Assembly: GCA_028534125.1 (NCBI GenBank)
Contig: CM052816.1
Location: 99,202,001-99,266,000 of the forward strand
Direction: 5' to 3'
From: Lama glama
Taxonomy: Eukaryota
Length of the DNA stretch: 64,000 nt
Shown: piece after piece, positions 50,150 through 61,949 of the stretch
How positions within the stretch are numbered: position 1 is the first letter of the stretch
Layout of the letters: every line of letters starts with the position of its first letter
Position numbers and translations under genes: made by a program
The notes under the pieces: generated by a model
What the model was told of the DNA's origin: nothing
Databases searched by the model: none
The model's input: only the letters and a program-made list of their open reading frames with translations

Positions 50150-50482
50150 TTCCACCGAACTCAGAGGTGTTCTTGTGACTTGCAGTGGCCGATAAGATGT
50201 GAGCCAAGTGGCCTGCATCACTTCCAGGTGGGGGCACTCAGATCCACACGGGATCCCACAGGCTCCCTCTGCTCTCCCCCCAGGGGACAGGCAAGGCTCC
50301 CTGGGCAGCTGCTGTCATTCTGCAACCTGGAAGGTGGACAGCGCGACAGAGAAGAGCCTTAGGCTGGTGAAGGCATCCGCGAAGAATCGACGTGGATGGT
50401 GTCTGCCACTGAGACTCTGCTGTGGTGGTGCTTTGGGGATTGTTGTCACGGCAGCATGCTTCCGCCAATCCTGACTGATACA
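50150..50482 (+). mobile_element. Old MaLR LTR (MLT1H/I-like)
   Basis: 'gtgacttgcagtggccgataagatgtgagccaagtggcctgcatcacttccagg' and 3' end 'ttgttgtcacggcagcatg...atcctgactgataca'. Confidence 0.7.
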
Positions 50483-53400
50483 GTGTTCAATTTTCTCCCA
50501 CACAACAGGACCCTCTCCTCATACTAAAACGTCAAAATATGACTCTCTTACCAGCTTAGTCTTGATTTTCCCCTGCTCTCTCTGCTTTATTATGTTGCCT
50601 TGCTGGTTAAGCCCCCCTTCCTTTCCTCCCGCCTCCCTGCTTCTCCCCTCTCAGATCTCTCTCCTGAACCCAGGAGACCAAACACCCAAAAGCCAGTGCA
50701 TAGACCTGGGCTCCCATCCCAGCAGCAGCTGAATGTGCAAAATGGCCATGTCCTCAAGAGCTGAGGGTGCTGTGAAGACTCCCCTCTCCTGCCGACTCAT
50801 TTCCTGCATGTCTACACTGTAACCACCTCAGTATGCGAGTCTGGACGATAAAACAGCAAAAGAGTAGTGTGAGCTCTTAAAATAAAAGTCTGTTTCTCTT
50901 CTGCGGAAAACATTACGAGCGCTCCCTTGTAACTTAGCCAGAAAGGGGCGGCTCAGCTGTGGGAGAAGGCCACGGACTCTGGACTAGAGTCGCTGACCTC
51001 GGTACCTCCTCCAGGGCTCCCTCGTCAGTGAGGGGCGCCGACCCTGCCCACTGTGGCTGCCAGGACGTTTAGGGCCATGCACGATGCCCCACTTCCAGGA
51101 CCAAATTCTTTCTGTCTCTGCCTTCCAAGGCCTCTTGCTCCTGATTTTGGTTACTCTGTCTCACCTGCCAAACCTAGCACCACATGCTGCCGTATCCTCC
51201 TGGAGTGCTCACCAGGGCTCAGGCAGGGCCGCCCGACCCTGTTGGAGGGTTCCGCTCCCATCCATTCGCTCCCTGGCAGCCTCACAGGTGTGTTCAGTTC
51301 AACAGGTAGGCCACGAGGTTTCCTGCCTGGTATCTTGGGTGCCTCCTATTGCTTTTGGGAACTGGCCCACCCCACGCCTGCATCATCCAGGAAGACAATT
51401 CCGGGTAGGAAGAGTACAGGGCAACCTAGCAATACAGGACAACACTTGGTGACTGAGGGTGGAAAGACTTCCCTGGAGAATGGCTAACAGAAGCTGGAGG
51501 TGAAGGGTGACCTTCATTACTCACTAGCTAGTAGTTAACCTGGATGCTGGTGGAGGGCCAGGCTCGTCTGGGGCCCCAGGATGGGACAGTTGGCTCTAGA
51601 GCTGGTTTGGGCCAGAACACAGGGACACTTGGCTGAAACTTATGGACAAAGGGCCTCATGGATGCTGGTGCATCTCTTGAGTTGTTTCAGTGTTTTAAGT
51701 TGTTATTTTAACTTAATCACCTATTTTGGGATTAACCATGCTGATGTTATGTGGGGCGGGGGGTGGAGGGTGACTGGATAATTATTTGAAGTTTTTAAGG
51801 AGCTTCTATGTGATGAAAACTTCCTGAAATGATGAATTTTACCAGAAAATGGACCCTGATTGGATCATCAAATGGACTTATTGTAGTAATTTAAATGCCT
51901 GAATTTGAAAACTACCAAAAGTAACTATTTCACTCTGTTAGAAATAGCTCGTCCACCAAATGTGTGAATGAGCCTTTTCTACCTCTCTGGTTTCTACTGG
52001 GAAAAGTCCTGGACATCACAGGAATAGTGCTCTGACCTCCAGACTGACTGCTGTTCCCCCACGTGCTGTTAAGAGCCCCCTGGAAACGTAGGTGGCAGAG
52101 AACCCGCTCATCTCCGAGGCTGGTGGAGAAGTTTCTGCCCCCTGAGAAATCCACGCAAGGTGATCACGGGCTCATGAAGGGGGCTGATCCTTGCCCGAAT
52201 GCCTCTCTCCTTCCCAGCCATCTAGTCTCCCGAGATACTGAGATCTGGAAAAGCATCTCCTTTTTGAGTTGGGGGGCATCCCCTAGCACTCGGCTGGAAG
52301 CAGCCTCCCCCGGTTATTCTTAGGTTGTGTGGACATCAGCCTGTGTCATTGTGGTTGGCTGCCTGTTGGTCTGCTTCAGTTGTAGGCGTCCATCCATTCA
52401 GTAGATGTGTCCTCTGCTCCACTCTGTACCCAGCATCCCGCTGTGACAGGACAGTAAAACTTGCAGCCACACCGGTGCAGAGAGACGGTTCTACAGAGAC
52501 CTAAAAATATGGAAGGCAATGCCCTCCAGGTACCTGACAATGACTCCATTTTTCTTTTCTGTTGCCATCAACAAATAAGTTTACCTACCAGTTAAGCTCA
52601 AAAGTAATGTAATAGGACATTCTAGAAATGAAGCAGCGATGAGGAAAGAGTCTACAAAAGTGCAGCCAAACGGTTGTATGCTATTGATAAGCATTTAGAC
52701 CTGTCAAATATATTAATTATTGCTCTAATGACTTTCCGATTAAAAAGGAGGGTCCAGATCAACTTCAGGATGCTAGGGCCTGGTCAAAACTCCCACTGTT
52801 GAACTGAACATACAACAACAACATGCACAAGCAGATTGGTTAACGAAGTGAGTTTTCTTTTAGACGAAAAGGGGCAATGATTATCACCCACGATGGGAGA
52901 TCGTTGCTCTTTGGAAAGTTCTCAAGACTCAGGATTTCCAGAAAGGAAGGAGGTAAGAAGGGGCAGAGGAAAGCAAACTACTTGGTACTGGTTGACAGCA
53001 GATTAAGAAGAAAATATCTGTTTTCAACAGGTTCTTTAAAATGAAGTGAGTGCCGGTTTCAAGGAGATCTTTAAGAGGAAGCACCCAAGACACAGCCGTG
53101 ACTGTTCGTATTTCTTGCTGGCTGCCGCCCCTCCCCCGCACTTCGGGGCGCCTCTTGGCCCGACCCAGCACGATGCTTCCAGAGGGCTTGTGACAGCCAC
53201 TGACTGATGGCTTGTTTTGCCAACCTGTCAGAGTAATCCAATAGCTTGCTAATTTAAGGCAAGGTCTTTATTCGAAAACATCAAACGTGCTTTACTGCAC
53301 ACATCTGTGTCACGGACTACCCTGCCAACACATAAGCTTTTGCTCATTCCGATAAATCAACCAGGTGAGTATCAAGAGGAAAGTATGCTTGAGGGTTTGG

Positions 53401-56117
53401 GGGGTGGCGGGGTCCCTAACATGCAGAGACAGAGAGTGCTCAGGGCGCTCCCCGGCACTCCCGGGAGGTAGCAGCCACTGTAGGCCTGTCAAGAATGTCT
53501 CTAGTTTCTATAGAAAAGACAATTCGTCAGGTTAATAAAAAGGTGTAACATTTCCTACAGGTGAGCTCCTCACTGATCAAGGGATAAAGAGAACTTTTGT
53601 TGCCACTTTGGAAAGATGTATTGTGGGTTTAACCTGCGCTTTTGATGTCAGCTCTGAGGGCTTCCAGAGGCTTGGGGGAGGGGGCGTGTCTTTGCAGGCT
53701 GGGCTGCTCCCTGCCGTGGAGATGACAGACGTCCCCAGAGCGACACAGCCCGCTGACCTGAAATGCCGGAGAGAAAGCACAGGGCTTTGTGGGGTCAACA
53801 GGAGGCCTGCTGGGTTACAGGGCCTTGGGCATCCTTTCCTTCTGAGCCTCTGAATCGCCTCCAAGACAAATCAAAGCCTCTTAGAACAGAAACTCAATCT
53901 AAGAGCACTTTCCGAAGGAGTACGTGCAATTACTATTGTCGGCAATCAGCAGTCACTATTATTAACATAATAACTGAAGACCGTGGATGTTTTTAGTGCT
54001 CTTACTATGGAAAGTCCTGCTCTACCTCCTGTGGGGGTTCTGGCAGAAGGAGGATCTGCTGAGCCCCAGAAATGGTGTCTGCCTCATGGACAGCTCGCTG
54101 CACCCCATCCTATGGAGTGAAGTCCTGCAGAAACCTCTTAGAAAGACCAGGCGGTCTCAGAAGGGACCACGGCATCACCACAACAGTGATCCTCCTTATC
54201 TGGGACACCAGGAAGGCGTGGGGAAGTCGGCAGACAAAGCCCTGTCCTTCCACTTGTCCTGGGAAATTTACAACGAGCACCTCCGTCTGTACCTACCGAG
54301 CCCTGGCTTCATCCCCAATCCCAAATTTCAGCCAAATCAAATCTTATTTCTTGTGAGCCTGAGTGGTTAATTTCATAGACTATGGTCGGGTTTGGAAAAA
54401 AAATAAGAAGACAAGAATGGTTATCAAAGATCCAATCCCTTGCAGAATAATCAAGCTTCGCTCCCCTAAAGTCCGTTCAGGGTGATCTGTCTTAAATGGA
54501 GAGTTTCCACTGTGTTTGCTTCCCCTTCACTTTGTTTTTCTTCACACAGCAGACAAGGGAAGTCACCAGGGTCACAGAGTTTTGCTCAGTAACACAAACC
54601 GTCACACAGCATTCTGAGGAATTGTGAAGCCGCCGCGAACAAGGTGGGTGTTTGAGGAGCTGCAGGCGGGGAGATGGTCCCTGCTCCCTCATGCTGATGC
54701 AGGACGGGGAAGGCAGCCAGGTGGTCACAGGGACACCACACTGTGGGAAAGCCACAGCAGCCGGGGCAGGAAGCAGACAAGTTACACATGACCATCCGCC
54801 CAGGCATCTCCCTCCTTTGAAACGCAGCATTCACTGAAAGGCCCTATCTGGTTTCCTCCCCGGACACTGGATCATCGGCAATATGCAAATGTCGTCTTTG
54901 TCCGTTTATTTTTCCAGGTGAAAACGCTTCCTGTCTGTGAAAGGAGGCTTTTGTGGCCGCAGCTCCCTGGCTTGCAATAAAAGCAGAAGGGATCGGGTTC
55001 CCGCGGAAAATGTGCTGTCTAAACTTCACATTTGAATTCTAGTCATCAGAGCAGAGGACGATGAGCAGACCCTTGTAAAGATGCATTTGTCCTGATTCAG
55101 TCTGAGCGAGGCGTGGAGCAGGCACCGGGAGAATGCTCTTCTGTTAAGTGGAAATGGCTCTTTGGTCTGAAGGTGAACGCGGTCTTGTGGTGGAGAGGGT
55201 AGTCTGTTTCCTTCGTAAATCATACTTGTGCAATCGTTTTCCATCAAAGCAGCTGGTCCTTCCGCTGGGTCCCTTTCCCGTCAGAGCTAAATTTTCTTCA
55301 GAGGACACCACGCTGTGGAACGCACCGGTGACACTTCAGAGACACTCAGTGTCACCGAGAAGGGGAACGTGCGTCCTAGGAAACAGCGACCAGGGCATGC
55401 CACAGCCACGTGGCTGCTCTTGTAGGACGCGTTTCCAGCTATGAGAAGGAAAAAGATGACCGCCCACGCTGGCTGCCTGGGACGTGTCTGCTCTGCGCCT
55501 CCCTCTGAAGCGCGTGCTCAGCCCACACGCACGTCGCTGGAGCCTCCGTGACTGCGCGGGGGCTCAGGAGGTCGTGTTGAGACCCCGCCCTCCTCCGGGA
55601 GCCAGGCCGCCTCTCGGGCCTCCTTTCTGAACTGCCTCATGTCTACTCAGAACTGCAGTGTCTCGTGCCTGGACTTCAGGAGGGGCAGAATCCAGCTGGG
55701 GACTGGGGCTGGCTGATGGGTGGGTGGGAAGGGGCTCTGCCCTGGGGGTCAGGCTCAGGCCCCGCCCTCGTCCACCCTGCACTCCTCGCCTCTGCTGGAG
55801 TCCAGACGGAAGGCTGGCCGGGCCTCCCTCCGTGGCACGGAAATGCTGAGGGGCTTTCGCACAAGCCACACTCACAGAACAGAGTGACGTGCAAATAGAC
55901 TGTAATTAAGTGCAAGTCCTTAGTTTAAAAGACGTCCTAGGGCACCATAATGAGTGTGAAGGAGGGTTTCATTTCCTCTGTGTAGAAGGACTCAAAAGTG
56001 CCCTGTTGCAGGGTTGCCCATGTAGAACTTATCGTGATGTGGACAACATACGAGAATATGTTAAGATTACAGCCACTGGATGTGTACCCAACCCCATGTC
56101 TAGATATCATACACAAT

Positions 56118-57008
56118 ATATATATATAGTTGTATCTGTTAATCCCAAACTCCTGATTTATCCCTCTTCCCCCTCTGGCAACCATAAGTTTGTTTTCTAT
56201 GTCTGTGAGTCTGTTTCCATTTTGTCAGTAAGTTCATTTGTATCATGTTTTAGATTACACATAGAAGTGATACAATATGACATGTGTCTTTCTCTGTATG
56301 ACCTATTTCACTTAGAATGATCATCTCTAGGTCCATCTACGTTGCTGTAAATGGCACCATTTCATTATTATGGCTGAGTAGTATTCCATTGTATCTATAG
56401 ACCACATCTTTTTTTTTATTGAAGTATAGTCAGTTCAAATGTGTCAAATTCTGATGTGCAACACAATGTTCCAGTTGTGCATATACATATATATATTCAT
56501 TTTCATTTTCTTTTCCATTAAAGGTCATTACAAGATACTGGATTTAGTTCCCTGTGCTCTACAGAAGAAATTCGTTTTTTAAAATCTGTTTGTATATATA
56601 GTGGCTGACATTTGCAAATCTCAGACTCCCATATGTATCCCTTCCCACCCCTTTTCCCCCAGTAGCCATGAGGCTATTTGCCATGTTTTGTAAATGAGTT
56701 CATTAGTGTCTTCTTCTTTCTTTCTTTAAATTCCACATATGAATTGCATGGTATTTGCCTTTCTCTTTCTGGCTTACTTCACATAGAATGACAATCTCCA
56801 TTCCATCTATGTTGCTGCAAATGGCATTATTTATTTTTTTGTGGCTGAGTAGTATTGCATTATATAAATGCACCACAATTTCTTTACCCAGTCATCTGTC
56901 AATGGACATTCAGGTTGTTTCCATGTCTTGGCTGTTGTAAATAGTGCTGCTGTGAACACTGGGGTGCATGTATCTCTTTGAATTAGAGTTTTCTCCAGAT
57001 CTATGCCC
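56118..57008 (-). mobile_element. Two adjacent L1 3' regions: a fragment lacking its tail (56118-56410) and a young copy with poly-A (56410-57008)
   Basis: 'gtatctgttaatcccaaactcctgatttatccctc'; poly-T then 'attgaagtatagtcagtt'; 'ccatgtcttggctgttgtaaatagtgctgctgtgaacactggggtgcatgtatct'. Confidence 0.88.
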
Positions 57009-58336
57009 TCTCTGAGGAACAGTGGTCTCCAGATGACACGATTGTGAATCCCATAGTCTTGAGTCCGTCCCTGGACTCTGGTGCTGAAAGGACCTCCTTG
57101 ATTTGTAGGGTGTCATGTGGGATCCAGGCAGGTCAGACCTTCTGAAGGCCCAGGATTGTGGTGCAGCAAAGGCAAACTCACATCCAGAACACTGTCTACT
57201 CAGTGGGAGTGAACTGCTGTCCCATCAGCCTGGATGGGGTGCAGTGTAGACCCCTTGTTCCATTTGGCCTCCAGAATGTTGGCGTATCGGAGCCTCAGTG
57301 CTGGTCTCCGAGGCTGGTGGGCTGACGTCATCTGCAGCAGTAGCCAGTCCGCCTCGGTCAGCAGTGTCCATGCTGTTGGCACGTGATAAACTCCATCCTT
57401 ATTCATGTGTCCACTGTGTCAGCACAAGGATGGGACACTGGTGCCAGCTGACCAGGCTCTTTTTTCTGTTATTTTTCTTTGTAACACCTCTTCCCTGAAT
57501 GCTTTCTGTTGGAAACTGATATGTGACACACAGCTCATCAGACCTGTGCCCACCTCTACGTGTTCATCCCCATGCATCTGTCACAGATCTTTTTCTCTGA
57601 CCTTCTAATTTTTTTTCTCCTTCTAGGTAAAGACCAGCTGGCTAGTCCAGTGGTCACTGTCCATGAGTCCACATATATGCTCTTGGGCCCTTTCTCTCCA
57701 CAGGAGGGGACAACCAAGGTCACTGCTGAAGCTTTTCCCATTGAGATAGTTTCCCTTTTACTCTTTTTTCAAAGCCATGTGTGTAGGGAGTGGGACACTT
57801 GGACTCATGAACATACACATACATCAGGTGCAGAGTTTCCCCTCCTTCCTGATTCGGTCACAGGAGCCCCCACAGGGCCACAGGTGTGAGCGAGGGGAGG
57901 CCTCTGGTGCAGCAGCGCTGAGCGTCACTGTGGTCTGGGAGACCTGCTTCTGCACTTATTCTATCCCAGATTGACCATTTCCATCACTAGGTACAGTTTT
58001 CTGGCTCTGCCCGACCTGGGCCTTCAATGGGCCTGACAGTACTCAGTTCTGGATGCATGGTTTACAGACATTGAACACGTCCACCAGGCATGGTGCTTCT
58101 TCCTTCCTGTGAGAGGGAGTGCAAGATGCTGCCATTTATCCTAGCATGGCCCTGATCACCAGTCTCTTGAAATGTTTTTGGATGGAGGAGTTCTCTGAAT
58201 CTTTGGAGGTTTATCCCCCAACCTCAGGAGGTCAGGTCACTTATCAAAGGTGTATGCATTTTTGCCACCTCTTGCTCACCTGGTCTGATCAGCATGATGC
58301 CATCACTGTAACAGGTCAAGGTCAAGGCAGTGACCT

Positions 58337-58540
58337 TGCACACACCGAAGAAAGACCGCATGAGGACACAGCAAGAAGGCGACCAACGGAAAACCAGGAA
58401 GACAGCCGTGCCAGGAACAAAACTGGCCAACACCTTGAGGTGGACTTCCAGCCTGAAGAACTGTGACGAACTGCTCTGTGCGATTTACGTCACCCAGTCT
58501 GTGATATTTTGTAACTGCAGCTTGAGTTGACTCAAGACAG
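58337..58540 (+). mobile_element. MLT1A/B-like LTR, 3' half
   Basis: 'atgaggacacagcaagaaggc', 'caacaccttgaggtggacttccagcct', 'cacccagtctgtgatattttgt...gactcaagaca'. Confidence 0.8.
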
Positions 58541-60139
58541 CCGGGGTCCCAGATTTTTCCAACCAGGGCCCTAACTTGACAACCCAGAATAACTGTGGTT
58601 GGATGTTGGAACTTTTTTGAAGTGTAGACAAATTATTAGGTCCAGGACTTAGTCTTTAGCATTTTCTGTTCATCTCCTTCAGCAGATGACAGATGCCTTG
58701 TCTGAAATCAAAGGACCTGTCTGGCTGACTCTCCCTCCACCGTCCTTTATCTCCCAACAGGCCGTCAGTGGCACTCAGCTATGGCGCCCCGATCCCACGC
58801 ACTTGTTCCCACTCCTTACACCACACATCTCCAACATCTAGTCTGCACAGGCAAGTCTATTCTCGTCCACTGGTACACCCTCCAAGTCACTTCTGTGCCA
58901 TGGCAACAATTACACCCCACTTTGAGTGAGGGTCCGCATTAGGGGCACAGGAATACAACACAAGGTCAAATCATTAGTGATAATCTTGTTTCATACGTTC
59001 TGCACACTTGCCGAGTTTCTCCTGAAATCAAATACTCAATACCTTCTGACTTGAATCATTTACCAAGATGAGTTAATGCATGAGTAACTTAAGTGGAGAA
59101 CTTAATTTTTAAATATTATCGAAAATATCCCCTTGAGTGTTAATCCTGCTCTAGGAATATTAAGTTAAGACCCAGCACCCAGTAAGTCAGCTTTTTCCCT
59201 AAATCTCTTGAATTGAATCTGCAGTATAGATTATCTCCTCTTTCAACCAACAAAGAGCTTGTCTCACCAGCTTCAGGACTCTAAGAGTGAAAGAGTCTGC
59301 TCTTCACTTTTGAGACTCTTAATTGTGGCATGAATTACTCATCAGTGGATGTCTGCCATCTGGTAAACCATGCAAATCTAGAGATCTTGGAAAGGGTTCT
59401 CAGTGATTTTAAAAGAGAGAGTGGCTCCCTACCTTTTGAAAAGGATAATTAGCTTCAAAGACAAAGTAAATTCTCCCCTAACAGTAAGTAGCACTCGTTA
59501 TTTTGCTCCCGGGGGGAGATTTTCCTGGAAATTTGGAGGTGCCAAAAGTAATCTCAGATAAAGCAACTGGGGGATTCCCAGAGTAAGCAGGGGAGCGGCC
59601 GAGGCTGTACCTTCTCCTTACTGCGTCAGCTGCGCCCTCCTGCACGCTGGACCTTAATCCCACGCCCCGCCCCCGTGTTTCTGAAGGGTGTCCATTCTCC
59701 TTAGATGAATTCCAGCAAATGTTCTCCTTCTCAGTTCAAATCTAAAGTCCTTGAAGCAGACAAGACAGGACTGAATAAAACAGCTGATTAAACTCAAGTA
59801 AACATTTTTGAGTAGTGAATCCACAACCTCTAGAGTGAATGTGTGTATGTGTATCGGCACACACGCACACGCACTCCCTCGCAGAGTAACGAATGCCAGT
59901 AGATGAAGGAGGTGGAGCGTTTGGATTGGGGATGTCAAAACATGGTGGGAGAAATCGCTCATGTGCCTGAGTTCCCCCACCCCAGTTGTGGTTAACCTTC
60001 TGATCGCAGCGGTCTTTACCTTTGCTGCAGCTGTTCCAGCAGTGCACTCGAAGTTCTGAGTGTGAGAAGATGGAATCAGGAGCAATTTTCTCATGCGAGG
60101 GGTTTTCTCTGAGTTATGTATCCCTGTAAGAGAAACAGC

Positions 60140-60350
60140 GATGCTCTTAGCATGAACCCACATCACGCATCATCCCAAACATTTCACACCTATAAGACCT
60201 GGGGTGGTATCTACCATGTTCATCCCTCCTGTGCAAAAATAAGAAGAGAGGGTAAAGAAGTTTGTAATTTGCCCCAAATCCCAAAGCTTGTGTCTGGTGG
60301 AGGAAGGATCCGTGTAGCAATCTGTGAAAATGACGTTGCATTCTCTCCAA
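60140..60350 (-). mobile_element. MIR fragment
   Basis: 'agaagtttgtaatttgccccaaatcccaaagcttgtgtctggtggaggaaggat' resembles antisense MIR core. Confidence 0.55.
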
Positions 60351-61517
60351 GCTCATGAGGACGCCCTCTGGAGGTGGAAGGTTCAGGGACGCACCAGCAC
60401 GCAGGAAGTCGGGCTGGTGTGCTCACAGACCCCCATTTCTCTGAGATGTTGTTGACCCGCCTGTTGGTGACGTGAACACCCTCCTGCCCTCCTGGCCGTG
60501 GCATGAGGGCCTTTCTGTGTCTGGACAGCAAACTTGTGAGTGCAAACGTGCCCCCGACATGGGCACCACAGGCGAAGGGCTGTCACTGAGGTGCAGGCAG
60601 GTGGCACCTGGAGACAGGACAGCCTTGCTGGGAGAAGACCCGCCCCCTTCCTGGCTCTGTACACGCGGTTGAAGACTCCAATGCCCGGTGGGAGCTTTGT
60701 TCTCTATCGCTGTCTCTCACGTGCAGCCCTCACAGAGCGTGTTCCCCACCCCCTCAAGCACGGGACAGGGTGGTACAGAGCAGGGCAGGGGCAGATTCTG
60801 GGGAGTTGTCACCCTGGGTTCTGCGTGGCTGTTTACCGTGGCGAGGCCACGCGATTCCTTCCAGTAACGCTCCCGACGGGGTCCTCAGTGAAGAAAAGGA
60901 TGGTGTTTGAAGGCTCTTTCCTTCTTCCAGCTGCTCACCGCTAGGAACGTCCTAATACAGCCCCGTGGCCTTCCTTCTTAGAGACGGTGGGGGTTCTGGA
61001 TGTTGACTGTTCTCCTGGGCTCAGCGTGAGTCCCGGGCTCGTCTGGATCCACCTCGCCCAGCACCACCGGCTCTTGCTCCAGCAGCAGGAGACACTCCCC
61101 TTCCCACCCGAGTCCCGCTGCCCTTGCTCTTAGTTCCTGCCTGGCGTGGCTTCCTCTTGGGCTTCAAACCTTAGCTCTTGCTATTTTTCACAGGAAGCAC
61201 TTGTGATAACGGGGGAGGGGGCATTATCAAGTGCTGGATTCTGAAGAGGGAAGAACTATTCCTATCACAATGGAAGCTCTCCAGACCTTGGGGAGGAGGG
61301 CGGATTTTGTGGAAGGCAGCCATTACTTTGCGGACTGGGGAGAGGCCCAAGCCCTGTGGGGGTCAAGGACTTGGTCATTACACTGGTGACAGATAGAGGT
61401 TATTCTCAAGACAAAGGCTACACACACACACACAAAGTTAACACAATTGGACATATGAGGACAAAACAGATGGTAGCTTTATGTTTAACTAAATGTCATA
61501 ATCAGAATACATTTTAA

Positions 61518-61949
61518 CCGACAACATAACGACATTTGCAGCCACATGGATGCTCCTGGAGAACGTCATTCTAAATGAAGTAAGCCAGAAAGAGACAGAA
61601 AAATACCATATGAGATCGCTCATATGTGGAATCTAAAAAACAAAAACAAAAACAAAAGCATAAATACAAAACAGAAACAGACTCACAGACATAGAATACA
61701 AACTTGTGGTTGCCAAGGGGGTGGAGGGTGGGAAGGGATAGACGGGATTTCAGAATTGTAGAATAGATAAACAAGATTATACTGTACAGAACAGGGAAAT
61801 ATGCACAAGATCTTGTGGTAGCTCACAGAGAAAAAAATGTGACAATGAATGCATATATGTTCATGTATAACTGAAAAATTGTGCTCTACACTGGAATTTG
61901 ACACAACATTGTAAAATGATTATAAATCAATAAAAATGTTCAAAAAAAT
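61518..61949 (+). mobile_element. Young 5'-truncated L1 3' end with perfect 12-bp TSD
   Basis: Closely similar to 15520-15975; TSD aatacattttaa at 61506-61517 and 61950-61961. Confidence 0.93.

Noticed and set aside
49474..50268. 15-bp exact match tcccacaggctccct at 49474 and 50254
   Set aside because: A few 15-mer matches are expected by chance in 64 kb, and the second copy lies inside an MLT1 remnant
51024..51040. CTCF-like motif (similar partial matches near 52085-52100 and 60593-60608)
   Set aside because: Each has mismatches in the core consensus and cannot be supported without PWM scoring or ChIP data
59654..60166. 170-aa minus-strand ORF
   Set aside because: No recognisable domain; it crosses a CA/TG-like low-complexity stretch and starts at the edge of a MIR fragment
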